From Octopus vulgaris (lineage: Eukaryota): a DNA stretch of 64,000 nt. The stretch is taken from contig OX597819.1 in NCBI GenBank assembly GCA_951406725.2, positions 95,542,001 to 95,606,000 on the forward strand, written 5' to 3'. This document shows, piece by piece, positions 1 to 12,555 of this stretch. The notes below the pieces were generated by a model, which saw only the letters and a list, made by a program, of their open reading frames with translations, was not told the DNA's origin and made no database searches. Made by a program: the position numbers and the translations under genes. Numbering within the stretch: position 1 is the first letter of the stretch; each line of letters starts with the position of its first letter.

Positions 1-80
1 CTCTAAGGCCCTTCGATTCTAGACCCTGCTTCCACACATGAAACTTCTCTAGTTCTAGTAGTGATTCAGATATAAGAACA
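1..80 (-). mobile_element. RTE-clade LINE fragment (RT region)
   Basis: Close match to 36110-36190 of the RTE copy in this window. Confidence 0.7.
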
Positions 81-249
81 ATACTTTTTTCTGGGTTGTT
101 TAAATTTGTATTAAAATATTGACACATTGACTAAGGTAAGTAATTGATTATATTTTGACAGATAATATTTTTACAGCATCCAAAATTCTGAGTAAAACAT
201 GGCTAAATTCTTCTTTTTACTAATTGTTTCCCTCAACCATTTTTAATAG

Positions 250-343
250 GCATTTGGTCTCCCAGCCATAGTTGCTCATGTCAACAATGAGGAGAAGATG
301 ATTTTTGGTTGTGACAGATTTCCTATACTTGCACTAATTCTTA
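250..343 (+). CDS. GSTK1: Glutathione S-transferase kappa 1, penultimate coding exon
   Basis: Acceptor ttttaatag|, donor A|gtaagt. Translates AFGLPAIVAHVNNEEKMIFGCDRFPILALIL, matching the GST-kappa GAFGLP...FGSDR region. 94 nt, ends in phase 1. Upstream exons lie outside the window. Confidence 0.93.
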
Positions 344-579
344 GTAAGTATTTTCTAGTTTGATATTTTTATTATAGTTTTAGGCTGTTCTGATGTCATC
401 TTACTAGTGAAAATAATCTTCAGTTGATACTTACTGAATTTGCTCCTTTCTTTTTTACATCTACCAGACTCCTCATTCTTTAGTATGTGTAATCACTTTC
501 TACATGTAAAAGAATGTCAGCTCAAAAATTGCTGTACCCTGGAGCCATCTGAAAAGACTGTTTTATATTTCTTTTGTCA

Positions 580-790
580 TTTACTTATTTCTGTTATCAG
601 ACTGCAACCAGGCTGGAGCACTGCCTTAAAGGGTTCAGTTAAGCAGTAATTTTTTTTTTCAAGTTTGATATTTATTCCATTAGTCATTTTTTGCCAGACC
701 ACTAAGTTATGGGGATGTAAATGAAGCATCACCGATTGTCAAGCAGTGTGTGTGTGTATGTGGGGTGGGGTGGAGGACAAACACAAATAC
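580..790 (-). mobile_element. Degenerate 3' half of tRNA-derived SINE
   Basis: Reverse-complement similarity to the SINE at 61037-61460. Confidence 0.6.
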
Positions 791-819
791 ACACACACAC
801 ACACACACACACACATATT

Positions 820-1700
820 GTCAGTAAATCATAAATCCGAAAGAGAAGCACACTCTAAGCTGTAGAGCAGTAGAGTAATTAGATAAAGGTAATTATGGCT
901 GACCAGTTCACTTACCACCTCTGAGACATTAGATTCATGTCATTTCCGCTCTACTGGTCATTCATTACAACACCTGTCTATGTTCGGATTGTCTTTGCAT
1001 AGGGGCCATCCAGGAATTAATGAACAGGAATTAATCTTCTCTCTTTGCTCCTTTGTGCTATATGGGCTCAACTCTCCTCCTCTCCCCTCTTCATCTCACA
1101 CCTACTTCCCCTCTTTACTCCTACCCACCTTCTCCCTTCATCGATATCCTCTCCATCCACACCCCACCCCTACACATCCCACTCCCACATACCCTACCCT
1201 TACCCCCCACATCCTCACCCTCACATCCCCACACCCCAACACCACACCACACACCACCACATCACACCACCCCGCACACACTAGCACTGACCACTTCCCA
1301 GCACCCATACCATCATCCACACACCCACACATTACAGACGCACCCACTTACATACACACACATCCACATATCAAAGTCACCATCCCCTATCCACACACAT
1401 GCACACACACTCACAAACACATGCACTCACACCTTCATTTTGGGATCACCAATACTTTATTATCCCCCCTTCTTCTTAGCTCTCCTGTGTAACTACCTTT
1501 GTCCAGCCTGCCGCCATGATTGATCGCTGGCTCCAAAAGTTTTTTTATTCTTCCTCTGTTAATTTCCTCATATTCCTTTTTGTTGAAGAGTTTAGGCTTG
1601 AAACATAAAAGACTTTCTCACCTTCCTGAGCATTAAACTAATACACCTGTTTGTTGTTTATACACCTGTCTTCGTCTTTTGTTTTACTGTAAATTTCAAC
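820..1700 (+). mobile_element. Penelope-like element remnant
   Basis: GIY-YIG-like C-terminus (EQELIFSLCSFVLYGLN), C/A-rich low-complexity tract, degenerate GAAGAG..GCTTGAAAC tail near 1583-1605. The start resembles 10965-11100. Confidence 0.55.
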
Positions 1701-1718
1701 TATCTGTCTATCTATCTA

Positions 1719-1755
<37 letters not shown>

Positions 1756-2374
1756 GGAGAAAATTATAATTAGGTATGTAACAGTTACTAAAAGAAAGTA
1801 ATTATTAAAGGCTTGACTGTCTGGAATTCTTTTATAAATTCATGTTCCAAGAAATTTCCTGTCATTTCAATTTCTGAAGTTTTTCAGAGATTTACATATG
1901 CGTTGCATTTACTGCAGAGTAGATTTAATAAACAGTATTAATTCATTGCAGGCAAAATTTTCCATTTTTACATGCAACACTCTCTCACTCTCTTTTGCAT
2001 CTATTTGCATGAATGATAATTTAATATATATTCATTTCAAGTTTTAATTTACTATTTGCAAAACCCAGTTTATTCTATATACATAATGTAAAAAAATTAT
2101 TTATTGAATGAATATCCTTAGACAAAACACCTGTATAACTTTGAAGCTTCCAGGATATAGTATACTGGTATGATTTTATTTTTAAAAATTAAGAAGTGAT
2201 TTTGTTGGTATGGCTGTTTGGAATGCTATAAGCTTTACAATAATAACTATGTGATCACTGTTATTTCTAGTATGCTAAATGTGCTAGGGTTACCTTGAAG
2301 TTTCTTTAAATTACAGATATATTACAATTATGGTAAATTACTGAAAGAAATATTTGCTAAGCAAGTGACATTTT

Positions 2375-2985
2375 GGGCTTTACCTTTTGACCTACAGATT
2401 TAAAAAAATAATTTTTTGTAACTAAACACTTTCAAACTTTGGACACTTAGTAGAATGTGTCATATAAAACATCTTTTACTCCTAGCATTTTTGAGAAAAA
2501 CTTATATTTACGAAGTTATTTCACGTTAAAGTTCTCGTATTTCAGTAATTTCAACCAATCAATTACGTGTATGCAACTGAATAAAATTACTGCTGTTGCT
2601 TGTCAACAAGAACTTCTGGCGGTGTATTTTTCGTTTGTCACTGTTATTTATGACAACCCTAACCCTAACCCTAAAACCTTAAAACCAGTACAAACGCACG
2701 AACAATGTCATAAATAACAGTGACAAACGAAAAATTCACTGCCGATAGTTGTTGTTGACAAACAACAGCAGTAATTTTATTCAGCTGAATACACGTCATT
2801 GATTGATTGAAATTACCGAAATACGAGAACTTGAACGTGAAGTAACTTCATAAATATAAGTTTTTCTCAAAAATGCTAAGAGTAAAAGATGTTTTATATG
2901 ACACATTCTACCAGTATCTGAAGTTTGAAAGTATTTAGTTACAAAAAATTATCTTTTAAATCTGTAGGTCAAAAGGTAAAGATCC
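2375..2985. mobile_element. Long-TIR fold-back MITE with central (CCCTAA)n
   Basis: ~280-bp inverted arms (ctttaccttttgacctacag...ctgtaggtcaaaaggtaaag), GG...CC termini, imperfect 8-bp flanks gacatttt/aagatttt. Confidence 0.85.
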
Positions 2986-4229
2986 AAGATTTTTTATAAA
3001 TTGAAGTTTTCAGGAAACTTTACTTTCTGAACTTCTTTTCATTATTGAATCTTTCAAGTTCACAAATTGAAATATTTGGTACAAGATAGTTTGGCATTCT
3101 TTCGCTTGAACATGCACACTTTGTTTATTTCCATAAATTTTTTTTTATTTATTTACTTTTTGCACACCATATTCAGCTCCATGTATTTGTAGTCAGTAAT
3201 ACATGCACCACATGTGTTTTTGTATGTACGTTTCTATACATTTAAGTATGTGTGTGTATGTGTGTGTGTGAAAGAGAGAGAGAGAGAGAGTGAGTAAAGG
3301 GATCTGTTGTCATGTATATGTACATAAATAAATACATATGCATACATAATTTTTATATGTACATGTGCACATGTGTGTGAGTACGTGAGACAGAGAGTGA
3401 TGTCTAAGTGGCACTCTCTCTCTCTCACACACACAAACCTCCATTTCATATAAATGTTCATATATCTTTCACTTTCTCCTCTCTTTCACTTTAAAACAAA
3501 AGTAAATAAATAAACAAATTTTTATGGAAATTAACAAAGAAACCCAGCTGTTCGTCTTGGCATTTCTAAAGGCTCTTGAGCTTTTATTTATACGATATTT
3601 TTCACTTCATGTTTATTTCATTCATTGTTTGCAATGTTCTCTCTCCCCCTCATACACACATACACATACAGAGTCTCTCTAATATAAGCAGACAACCAGC
3701 AGAAAACCACCTGGAGGGCAGTCTTCCTGCTAGTATAAATAATATACATACATAATGTATAACTATGTTATGCCCAAGGCACCATGCATTGGAATTGAAC
3801 CCACAACCATATAGTTGGAAGGCAAACTTCTTATCACACAACCACATCTACACCTATATGTGTGTGTGTGTGTGGATATATATATATATATATATATATA
3901 TTTATTTATTTATTTATTTATTTATATATTTATTTATTTATTTATTTATTTATATATTGATAGACAGATATCTTTTGTTCAATTGTTCAAAACCATAAGG
4001 TGAGGCTAATGAAGTTTTTGCATTAATACAAATCTTCAGACTATTTTAATGGTAGTACAAATAATAATTGGTTTCTTATTGTACTATCATACAACCATCT
4101 GCAGCAGTTTGCTAATTCAGAACCTGAATTAGACACAGCTAATGCTTTTGGTCATGGAAACTTATTATGGTCTACTGACTGTACTGGATACTCCCAGTCA
4201 TTACCACTAGTGTCTTATGTGTATGTGTG

Positions 4230-4277
<48 letters not shown>

Positions 4278-4307
4278 CATACATACATACATACATATGT
4301 GTGTATG

Positions 4308-4612
4308 TGGAGGCGCAATGGCCTAGTGGTTAGGGCAGCAGACTCGCAGTCATAGGATCGCGGTTTCAATTCCCAGACCAGGCATTGTGAGTGTTTATTG
4401 AGCGAAAATACCTAAAGCTCCACGAGGCTCCAGCAGGGGGGGGGGGCAATCCCTGCTGTTCTCTTTCGTCACAACCTTCTCTCACTCTTTCTTCTGTTGG
4501 ACTGCTCGCTTAGCCAGCGGGGTGGCGTCATTTGAAGGCTAAAACAATGCGAAGCGCATTGTGACCAGCGATGTGTAGCAACATCTGATAGCCTGGTCGG
4601 TCAAGTGATCAT

Positions 4613-4615
<3 letters not shown>
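4308..4615 (+). mobile_element. tRNA-derived SINE (second family)
   Basis: A box TGGCCTAGTGG and B-box-like GGTTTCAATTCC followed by a non-tRNA body. Confidence 0.75.
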
Positions 4616-4656
<41 letters not shown>

Positions 4657-4657
<1 letters not shown>

Positions 4658-5510
4658 GAACAGCCATGCTACATGGCAGTGAAACATGGGCCGTGACTGC
4701 TGAGGATATGCGTAAGCTCGCAAGAAATGAAGCCAGTATGCTCCGATGGATGTGTAATGTCAGTGTTCATACTCGACAGAGTGTAAGTACCTTGAGAGAG
4801 AAGTTGGACCTAAGATGCATCAGTTGCGGTGTGCAAGAGAGACATTTGCACTGGTATGGCCATGTGGCAAGAATGGATGAAGGTAGTTGTGTGAAAAAGT
4901 GCCACACCTTAGCTTTTGAGGGAACCTGTGGAAGAGGCAGACCCAGGAAAACCTGGGATGAGGTGGTGAAGCACGACCTTCGAACTTTAGGTCTCACCGA
5001 GGAAATGACTAGAGACCGAGACCTTTGGAAGTATGCTGTGCGTGAGAAGACCCAGCAGGACAAGTGAGACCATATCCCATGGCCTCAGTCCACTTATGCA
5101 TACCTTTCCTTCTTGGGACACAAAACCCTACTTGTGAAGACCTGTTGAGGCAAGTGAAAATCAAAAAATCAAAATTCAAAATCGATCAACATGAATGGAA
5201 ATTGTAGCTGTGATACCAGTGCCGGTGGCACATAAGATAACCATCTGAACGTAGCCGTTGCCAGCGCTGTCCCGACTGGCACGTAAAAAGCACCATCCGA
5301 CCGTGGCCGTTTGCCAGCCTCGTCTGGCACGTAAAAAGCACCCACTACACTCATGGAGTGGTTGGCGTTAGGAAGGGCATCCAGCTGTAGAAACATTGCC
5401 AGATCAGACTGGGCCTGGTGCAGCCTTCTGGCTTCCCAGACCCCAGTTGCACCGTCCAACCCATGCCAGCATGGAAAGCGGACGCTAAACGATGATGATG
5501 ATGATGATGA
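4657..5510 (+). mobile_element. 5'-truncated RTE LINE (ORF C-terminus and 3' UTR)
   Basis: ORF 4666-5067 (LHGSETW...WYGHV...GRGRPRKTW) and (ATG)n tail. Confidence 0.9.
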
Positions 5511-5553
5511 TATATATATATACTCAAAATAAGTAACAAGGATATCCAGAGGT

Positions 5554-5644
5554 AATGCAGTACGATAGTTTCATGCGACTCCATTTAATTGAACAATGTA
5601 AACATCACATCAATTTAAAATGTAGAGCAATCTTCAGCTGCACT
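5554..5644 (-). ncRNA. Minimal type I hammerhead ribozyme motif (probably Penelope-associated)
   Basis: Minus strand AGTGCAG-CTGAAGA-[long stem II]-GAAA-C TATC G-TA-CTGCATT: 7-bp stem I, both core boxes, GUA cleavage triplet. Confidence 0.65.
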
Positions 5645-6090
5645 AAAAAACATAGAATTTAATCAAATTTGAAGGACATATTAGTATAATTTTATCCAAA
5701 ATCTCCAAGAGGATAAGGAGATAGACAAAGAACATGTTTTACCAACAACATCATAGTTGTAACTGAAATTTTCTCAAAAAAAGACACTGCTTTTCGCTGA
5801 TTATTTCTATTATTCCGATTTAATGGGGGTGGGGGTCGGTTTTAATTTTATAGACTAGTTTATCAAATCTGAGTGAAGACAGAGGGTAGTATCAGTTTGG
5901 GGTGGGGTAAAGAAGATAGACAATTTAAGTGGCATAGTCATAAATCAAAATTTATTAGAAGCAAAACCATTTGGTTCAGTAAGAAGATACTTCAAACAAG
6001 AGGTTGTTTGCTATTAAGCAGACCAATGCTAATGGGACAGGGGAAGCCTTATCATGTAGTATTACATCTACCTACAATAAAACAATGCTG

Positions 6091-6127
<37 letters not shown>

Positions 6128-6129
6128 GA

Positions 6130-7230
6130 TAAAGCTGCCTGCATTGTATTGCCAACTTAATAATATGTACCTGGAAAGATGTTTCATTACTCATGTCAAT
6201 GTCCAAGTCATCCACTGATTTTGATTCAAGGATTGCAATCTCTCCTAGGCCAGTGTATCCTGTCTGCATTTTATTCAGCTTTGTGTGCTGGTAGTGCAAG
6301 GCTTAGAATTTTCCATAGTTAAACTGTATATCATTATCCTCAGCCAACTTGTATATTGCATCCAACTACTGTTGCAGGTGTGCAATATCTCCAGGGTTCT
6401 GTATCTTCTGAGAGACTTTTGAACTGTCTGCATAGCTAACAAGGATGACTATCTGAGCAACTAAGGGCATGTCTGATATGGCCACTATGAATAGCAGTGG
6501 CCCTAAGACAGTGTCCTGTGGAACACTATGTTTCTTTAAAGGTAGTTCCATTGGCCATCACTGCCTGACTTCTGTCTTTTAAAAAAAGACATGTAGTGAC
6601 TCTTCAAGTTTTCCAACATTATCAAAGGGTGTTGCAAAGTCAAGGTATAACATGACTATATTTGAGTTGTTGAACAGCTACTTTAACACCCAGTCATAGT
6701 AAAAGCTTTGTCAGGTGTATGAGATCAGTGACATTGGCCTATAAATTTTTAGCATCTGCTCTGCTTCCTCCTTTATGGATAGGATATATTAGTCCCTTTT
6801 TCAATTTGCCTGGGAGCTTACCACTTGCAAGGAAGCTCCGAAAAAGAAGCTGCAGTGATTTCACAAGGGCTCCTTTGCATGATTTGAGAAGGAATGCCGG
6901 GAATCCATCAAGCCCAGCAGCTAAGTTTTCATCTACCTCATTTATGGCCAGTATTACATCTACTTTGATGCCAATGTAATCAATTATTACTGGTAACAGG
7001 CATAGTGGCAAAGAACTCCCCTTTTTTGTTCACTTACCTGTGTCCTAAAGGGATAAGGAAAACACTTTTGAACTGTTTGTTCAGTATTTCACTTATCATC
7101 ATTGTGTTTACAGTGTGGGAGCCATCTTTTTGGAGGAGGGTCCCTATCTTGTAGCATAGTGAGGCCATTTTTTTGGCAAAGCTTCAGGATTCGACTTAAT
7201 ATTTTTTGTAACCTAAGCCTCTTTAACTGC
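6130..7230 (-). mobile_element. Degenerate CR1/L2-group LINE reverse transcriptase
   Basis: Fragments AAGLDGFPA..PIHKGG, VPQDTVLGPLLF, YADS with stops and frameshifts. Confidence 0.8.
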
Positions 7231-7321
7231 TCTCTCTTGATTTATATGTACATATGTGTGTGAATATATATGCATATGTGTGTGTGTGTGCAAATATATA
7301 TGTGTGTATATACATCTAATA

Positions 7322-8300
7322 TCATCATCATTGTTTAACGTCCGTTTTCCATGCTAGCATGGGTTGGACGGTTCGACCGGGGTCTGGAAAGCCAGGAGGC
7401 TGCAGCTCCAGTCTGATCTGGCAGTGTTTCTACAGCTGGATGCCCTTCCTAACGCCAACCACTCCGTTAGTGTAGTGGGTGCTTTTTACATGCCACTGGC
7501 ACAGGTGCCAGGCGAGGCTGGCAACAGCCATGATTGGTTGGTATTTTTTACATGCCACCGGCATGGAAACCAATCAAGGCAACGCTGGCAACGGCCACGT
7601 TCGGATGGTGCTTTTTACGCGCCACCGGCACTGGTATCACAACTACAATTTCCATTGATTTTTTGATCGATTTCAATTTCAATGCCTGAACAGGTCTTAT
7701 ATATCATCATCATCATCATCATCATCGTTTAACGTCCGCTTTCCATGCTAGCATGGGTTGGACGGTTCAACTGGGGTCTGGCAAGCTCGAAGGCTGCACC
7801 AGGCCAGTCAGATCTGGCAGTGTTTCTACAGCTGGATGCCCTTCCTAATGCCAACCACTCCGAGAGTGTAGTGGGTGATTTTATGTGCCACCGACACAGG
7901 TGCCAGACGAGGCTGGCAGACGGCCACACTCGGATGGTGTTTTCTTATGTGCCACCGACACAGGTGCCAGACGAGGCTGGCGAACGGCCACGTTCGGATG
8001 TTGTTTGTTACGTGCCCACAGCACGGAGGCCAGTCGATGCGGTACTGGCTACGGTCACGTTCGGATGGTTTTCTTATGTGCCACCCACAAGGATACAAAT
8101 TCCATTGATGTTCATCTATTTTTATTTGGTTTGATTTGATTTGATTTTGATTTTGATTTTGCTTTTCACTTGCCTCAACAGGTCTTCACAAGTGTCACAA
8201 GGAGGAAGGTATGCACAGGTGGACTGACTACGTCCCAGGTAGGGGCCACGGGTTATGGCTTCACTAGTCTTGTCGGGTCTTCTCACGCACAGCATACTTC
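7322..8300 (-). mobile_element. Two adjacent RTE 3'-end fragments (7322-7700, 7705-8300)
   Basis: (CAT)n tail plus conserved gtttaacgtccgctttccatgctagcatggg end and ~60-bp internal repeats. Confidence 0.85.
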
Positions 8301-8358
8301 CATATATATATATATATATATATATTAGATAGAATATATGTGTGTCTATCTATCTATC

Positions 8359-8410
<52 letters not shown>

Positions 8411-8500
8411 AATTGCAGCATGGAAAGTGTTTATAACCCACAAAATATTTTTGTTACTTTGAGACCGTGACCTGTTCACCATTATCTGCGAACATAGTGA

Positions 8501-8504
<4 letters not shown>

Positions 8505-8533
<29 letters not shown>

Positions 8534-8660
8534 TGTATGTATGTATGTGTGTATGTATGTATGTATGTATGTATGTGTGTATGTATGTATGTATGTATGT
8601 ATGTATGTATGTGTGTATGTATGTATGTATGCATGTATGTATGTGTGTATGTATGTATGT
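8505..8660. repeat. (ATGT)n microsatellite
   Basis: Direct inspection. Confidence 0.95.
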
Positions 8661-8664
8661 ATTC

Positions 8665-9065
8665 TTTTTATTCTTTTACTCTTTTGATTGTTTCAGTCAT
8701 TTGACTGCAGCTATGCTGGAGCACTACCTTTAGTTGAGCAAATCGACCCCAGAACTTATTCTTTGTAAGCCCAGTACTTATTCTATCGGTCTCTTTTGCT
8801 GAACTGCTAAGTTATGGGGACATAAACATACCAGCATCGGTTGTCAAGTGATACTGGGGAGGACAAACACAGGCACACAAACGTATACACAAACATACAG
8901 ATGTGTATATATACATATATACGACAGGCTTCTTTCAGTTTCCATCTACCAAATCCACTCACAAGGCTTTCATTGGCCCGAGGCTATAGTAGAAAACACT
9001 TGCCCAAAGTGTCACGCAGTGGGACTGAATCCAGAACCATGTGGTTGGTAAGCAAGCTACTTATC
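8665..9065 (-). mobile_element. tRNA-derived SINE
   Basis: Reverse complement of the family at 61037-61460. Confidence 0.85.
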
Positions 9066-9295
9066 AAATATCTATATATTTATTATATCTTATATAATAT
9101 CTCTTCTATTCTAATATTGCTGGTTGCTACATTTGATTTGTTTTTTTTATATGTATAGTTACATCTACATATTACATAAAGCTATAATGAATGGGCTGTG
9201 GAGATATAATTTATCATGTATGCATGAGTGCACACATGCATAAGTATGTAATTGTGTGAAAATATATGTGGGTGTGTATATGTAACTATATATAT

Positions 9296-10170
9296 AAGTG
9301 GTCTGATCAATAAGTATCTGGATTGTTGCCATAGTAACAAAGCTAAAGCACACTGAGTGAAAGCCGCTTGGCACAGATTGACCTTCAACTCTGCTGTGCA
9401 TGCACACTAAGTTTTAATGTTCCAGCTCACTTCTGCTATTGACAGCAGTGCTTGGAAGGAAGGTGTGTAGCATGTGATCATCGCATTGACCATGACAGAG
9501 AAAGTTGAGCAGAGAATCTGCATCAAATTTTGTCAAAAGCTTGGCAATACCTGCTCAGAGGACTATGCAAAGTTTTCAAAAAGTTTTCAGTGTTCTTGAC
9601 ACAATCAAAGCGATCTTATGTAACTGAAACTCAAGTGTCATTTTGGTCAGCTGAAAGCAGTTTTAGCACAAACTTGGCAGACATGCATCTGATACCGAAA
9701 TCTGTGAAAACAGTCTGGACTGAACCTTAACTAATCTGCACCTCCTCTGATAACTTATGGATGGTGATTTGACACTTTTCCCTCTCAGCTGCACGCACAT
9801 CTACAATGTTTTTCTCAGTTCTGCTGGCTACGGTTCTCCCGGAGCATTCATCAATATCAACAATTTTTGGCCATGTTGGAAATGTCTAAACCACTTGTAT
9901 AGCTCATACCCTCCTCTCCTTACACTTTCTACAACTTTGCATTGGCCTCTGAGCAGGTATCGCCATAACAACTTCCACTGTCATGGTCAGTGTGACAATC
10001 ACATGCTACACACCTTCCTTCCAATCCCTGCTGTAAACGGCGGAATTTACCTACAGCATTAAACCTAGTGTGCATGCACAGCAGAGTTCAAGGTCAATTT
10101 TTGCTGAGCAGTTTCACTCTGCGGAGTTTATTATGACAACAACTGTTCAGATACTTATTCATCAGACCAT
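9296..10170. mobile_element. Non-autonomous mariner/Tc1-type element with long TIRs
   Basis: Inverted ends ggtctgatcaataagtatc...gatacttattcatcagacc in TA context, transposase N-terminal remnant (EQRICIKFCQKLG). A related copy is at 36365-37190. Confidence 0.8.
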
Positions 10171-10201
<31 letters not shown>

Positions 10202-10576
10202 GTGTGTGTATGTGTACATATGGATATACATACACACCCACATATATTTTCACACAAACATATACTTCTGTATGCATACATTCATGCGTACATATTAAAT
10301 ATCTTTAGTTCAATTGCTCAAAACTATAAGGAGGGACTAATGAGGTTTTTGCATCAATACAAATCTTCAAACGATGTTGACAGTAGTATAAATGATAATT
10401 GGTTTCTTATTGTACTATCATACAACCATCTGCAGCAGTTTGTTAACTTAGAACCTGAATTAGACACAGCTAATGCTTTTGGTCATGGAAACTTATTATG
10501 GTCTACTGATTGTACTGGATACACCCAGTCATTACCACTAATATGTGCATGTGTATGTGTGTATAAATATATGCTC

Positions 10577-10615
<39 letters not shown>

Positions 10616-10669
10616 TATTAGAGACAAAATAATTTTTTCCCTGTAAATTTGGATTTATTCCCTAATATT

Positions 10670-10718
<49 letters not shown>

Positions 10719-11159
10719 TATTTCTGTATGTGTGTGTGTATACATCATCATTCTAAGTTATACATCTTATTCTAATATTGCTGGTTGCTACATTTAATTT
10801 GATCTTTTTATATGTATAGTTATCTCTACATATTACATAAAGCTATAGTGAGTGGGCTGTAGAGATATAATTTACCATGTTTGCATGAGTGCACACATGC
10901 ATAAATATGTGTGTGTGTGTGTGTGTGTGTGTATGGTCTGGATACTTATTAATCAGACCTCATATTGTCGGTAGAACATAAATCTGAAAAAGAAGCACAC
11001 TCTTATTTATAGAGCAGTATATAATATAAAAGTTAGAATAGGCTGGTTTATGACATTACCTCACGTCCATAAAGCACTTAGCTTCATGTCATATCATCTG
11101 ATCCCAAAATCTGTTGGCTTAAGACCACTCTAGCAAGTGGCCTCTCTAGAATATGGAGG

Positions 11160-12290
11160 AGGAAATGACCTTGCTACTCAATGTCAACGACAGGAGATTG
11201 TTTTGTGTGTGTGTGTGTGTGTGTGACCCTGTGTGTCCTGTGTGTGTGTCCAATAGGCCAGTAAGAATTTCTTGAAATGCAAGCATGATCCAAAAACCCC
11301 TGTTCTGGAGTTAAGGATGTTTTGCAGGTTGAGGGAGTCCTTTAGAATCCTTACCCATTCCACAATGCATAGTTTACAACACTTGGTCTTGTTTATGCAG
11401 GGGCCTGGATTTTCAAGGGTTCTCCATGATATTGTATATGGAATCCCATCGTCTTTCAGCTGCCATACATAGCTGGCTGATGACATAATGCATCTCCTTT
11501 CTGATATCCTGAAGGAGGATCTGTGGTTGGAGAGAAGTTGTTTGAACGTGTTCCTGGAGCAGCCAATGTACCTCTGTGGCTAGGTGTTGGCATTGCTGCT
11601 ACTTCTGTTGTTGGTACTGGCATCGTTGGAGGTGGCCAAGGTGTTAGTGCCATTACCATTGATGTTGGTAATGCTGGTGTTTTTGTTACTGTCATCGTTG
11701 TTAATGGAGGTGCTGTCACTGCTGTTATAGATATCACTGGCGCTGACCTTGCAACTATTTCCATTAGGGATACTGCCATTGCTGACGTTTATGTTGTTAT
11801 TGTTGTTATCAGTGGCTCTGTTTGTATCTCTGCTGCTGCTATTAATGGTACTACCATCCCTGTTACTGTAGTAGCCATTGCAGGAGCTGCTAATGATGCT
11901 GCTGCTATTAGAGTCGGCCTGTACCTCAGCTTCATAGATGACTCCCTTGGTTTTGCAGTGGCCCCTCACTGTGCATCTGTTGTGGTCCCTGCATGAGCAT
12001 TCTGCCTCTGCTCAAGGTCTAGGGATGCTAACTAGAATGCTCTTAATATTGGGGGTGCAGTTAAAGAGATCCTAAGGTTGTGCCTGATGAAGGAGTCTAG
12101 TTGTTCATGGGAGAGCGAGGTTGCACAATACAGTCATCAATATAATGACTGTATAGTCCAGGAGTGGGGCCAGTGAATTTTGAAAATGTTTGTGCCTCAA
12201 CGTAGCCAACAAACAGGTTTGCATAATTGGGGCCCGTTCTCGTTCCCATGGCCCCTCTCAAGAACTGTTGGTAAAACTCCCCCAAGACCG
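11160..12290 (-). mobile_element. Penelope-like element remnant (RT and GIY-YIG endonuclease)
   Basis: RT motifs GAMGTRTGPNYANLFVG and YIDD; endonuclease CKTKGVIYEA...YIG...CKLC...LNSRT. Confidence 0.85.
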
Positions 12291-12294
12291 AGAA

Positions 12295-12555
12295 TGTAAT
12301 CAGGCAAAGAGTGAAGAGTTATATTCTTATGAAACTTTATTCGCTTACATATGTTTCAAAAGGCTTAAATAATGTTATAGAGCCAAAGACCAACTTTTGA
12401 GCTCTGATGAGAAAAGTTTGGTTAATTGATTAATTTGTCAATTATGTTTACAAACCATTGTATAATGTGGATACTGTATCCAAGCCTTTTGAAAGCCTTA
12501 TGTAAGCAAATAAAGTTACATATGAATATAACTCTTGATTCTTTGTTTGGTTATT
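12295..12555. repeat. Inverted repeat / MITE-like hairpin
   Basis: ~80-bp arms aagagttatattc..tttcaaaaggctt and aagccttttgaaa..gaatataactctt. Confidence 0.65.

Noticed and set aside
980-1523. His/Pro/Thr-rich ORFs
   Set aside because: Stop-free C/A low-complexity tract within a Penelope remnant
4110-4210. SRCR-domain-like phrase AFGHGNLLWSTDCTG
   Set aside because: Too short, lacks the other conserved Cys residues and has no convincing donor site
4308-4385. tRNA gene
   Set aside because: It is the tRNA-like head of a SINE: imperfect cloverleaf continuing into the repeat body
7860-8090. Regular ~60-bp repeats resembling a CRISPR array (also at 13520-13800 and 33380-33660)
   Set aside because: Whole units repeat with no unique spacers; they are internal repeats of the RTE 3' UTR in a eukaryote, with no cas genes
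11523-11996. Hydrophobic 157-aa plus-strand ORF
   Set aside because: Antisense shadow of the low-complexity Penelope segment
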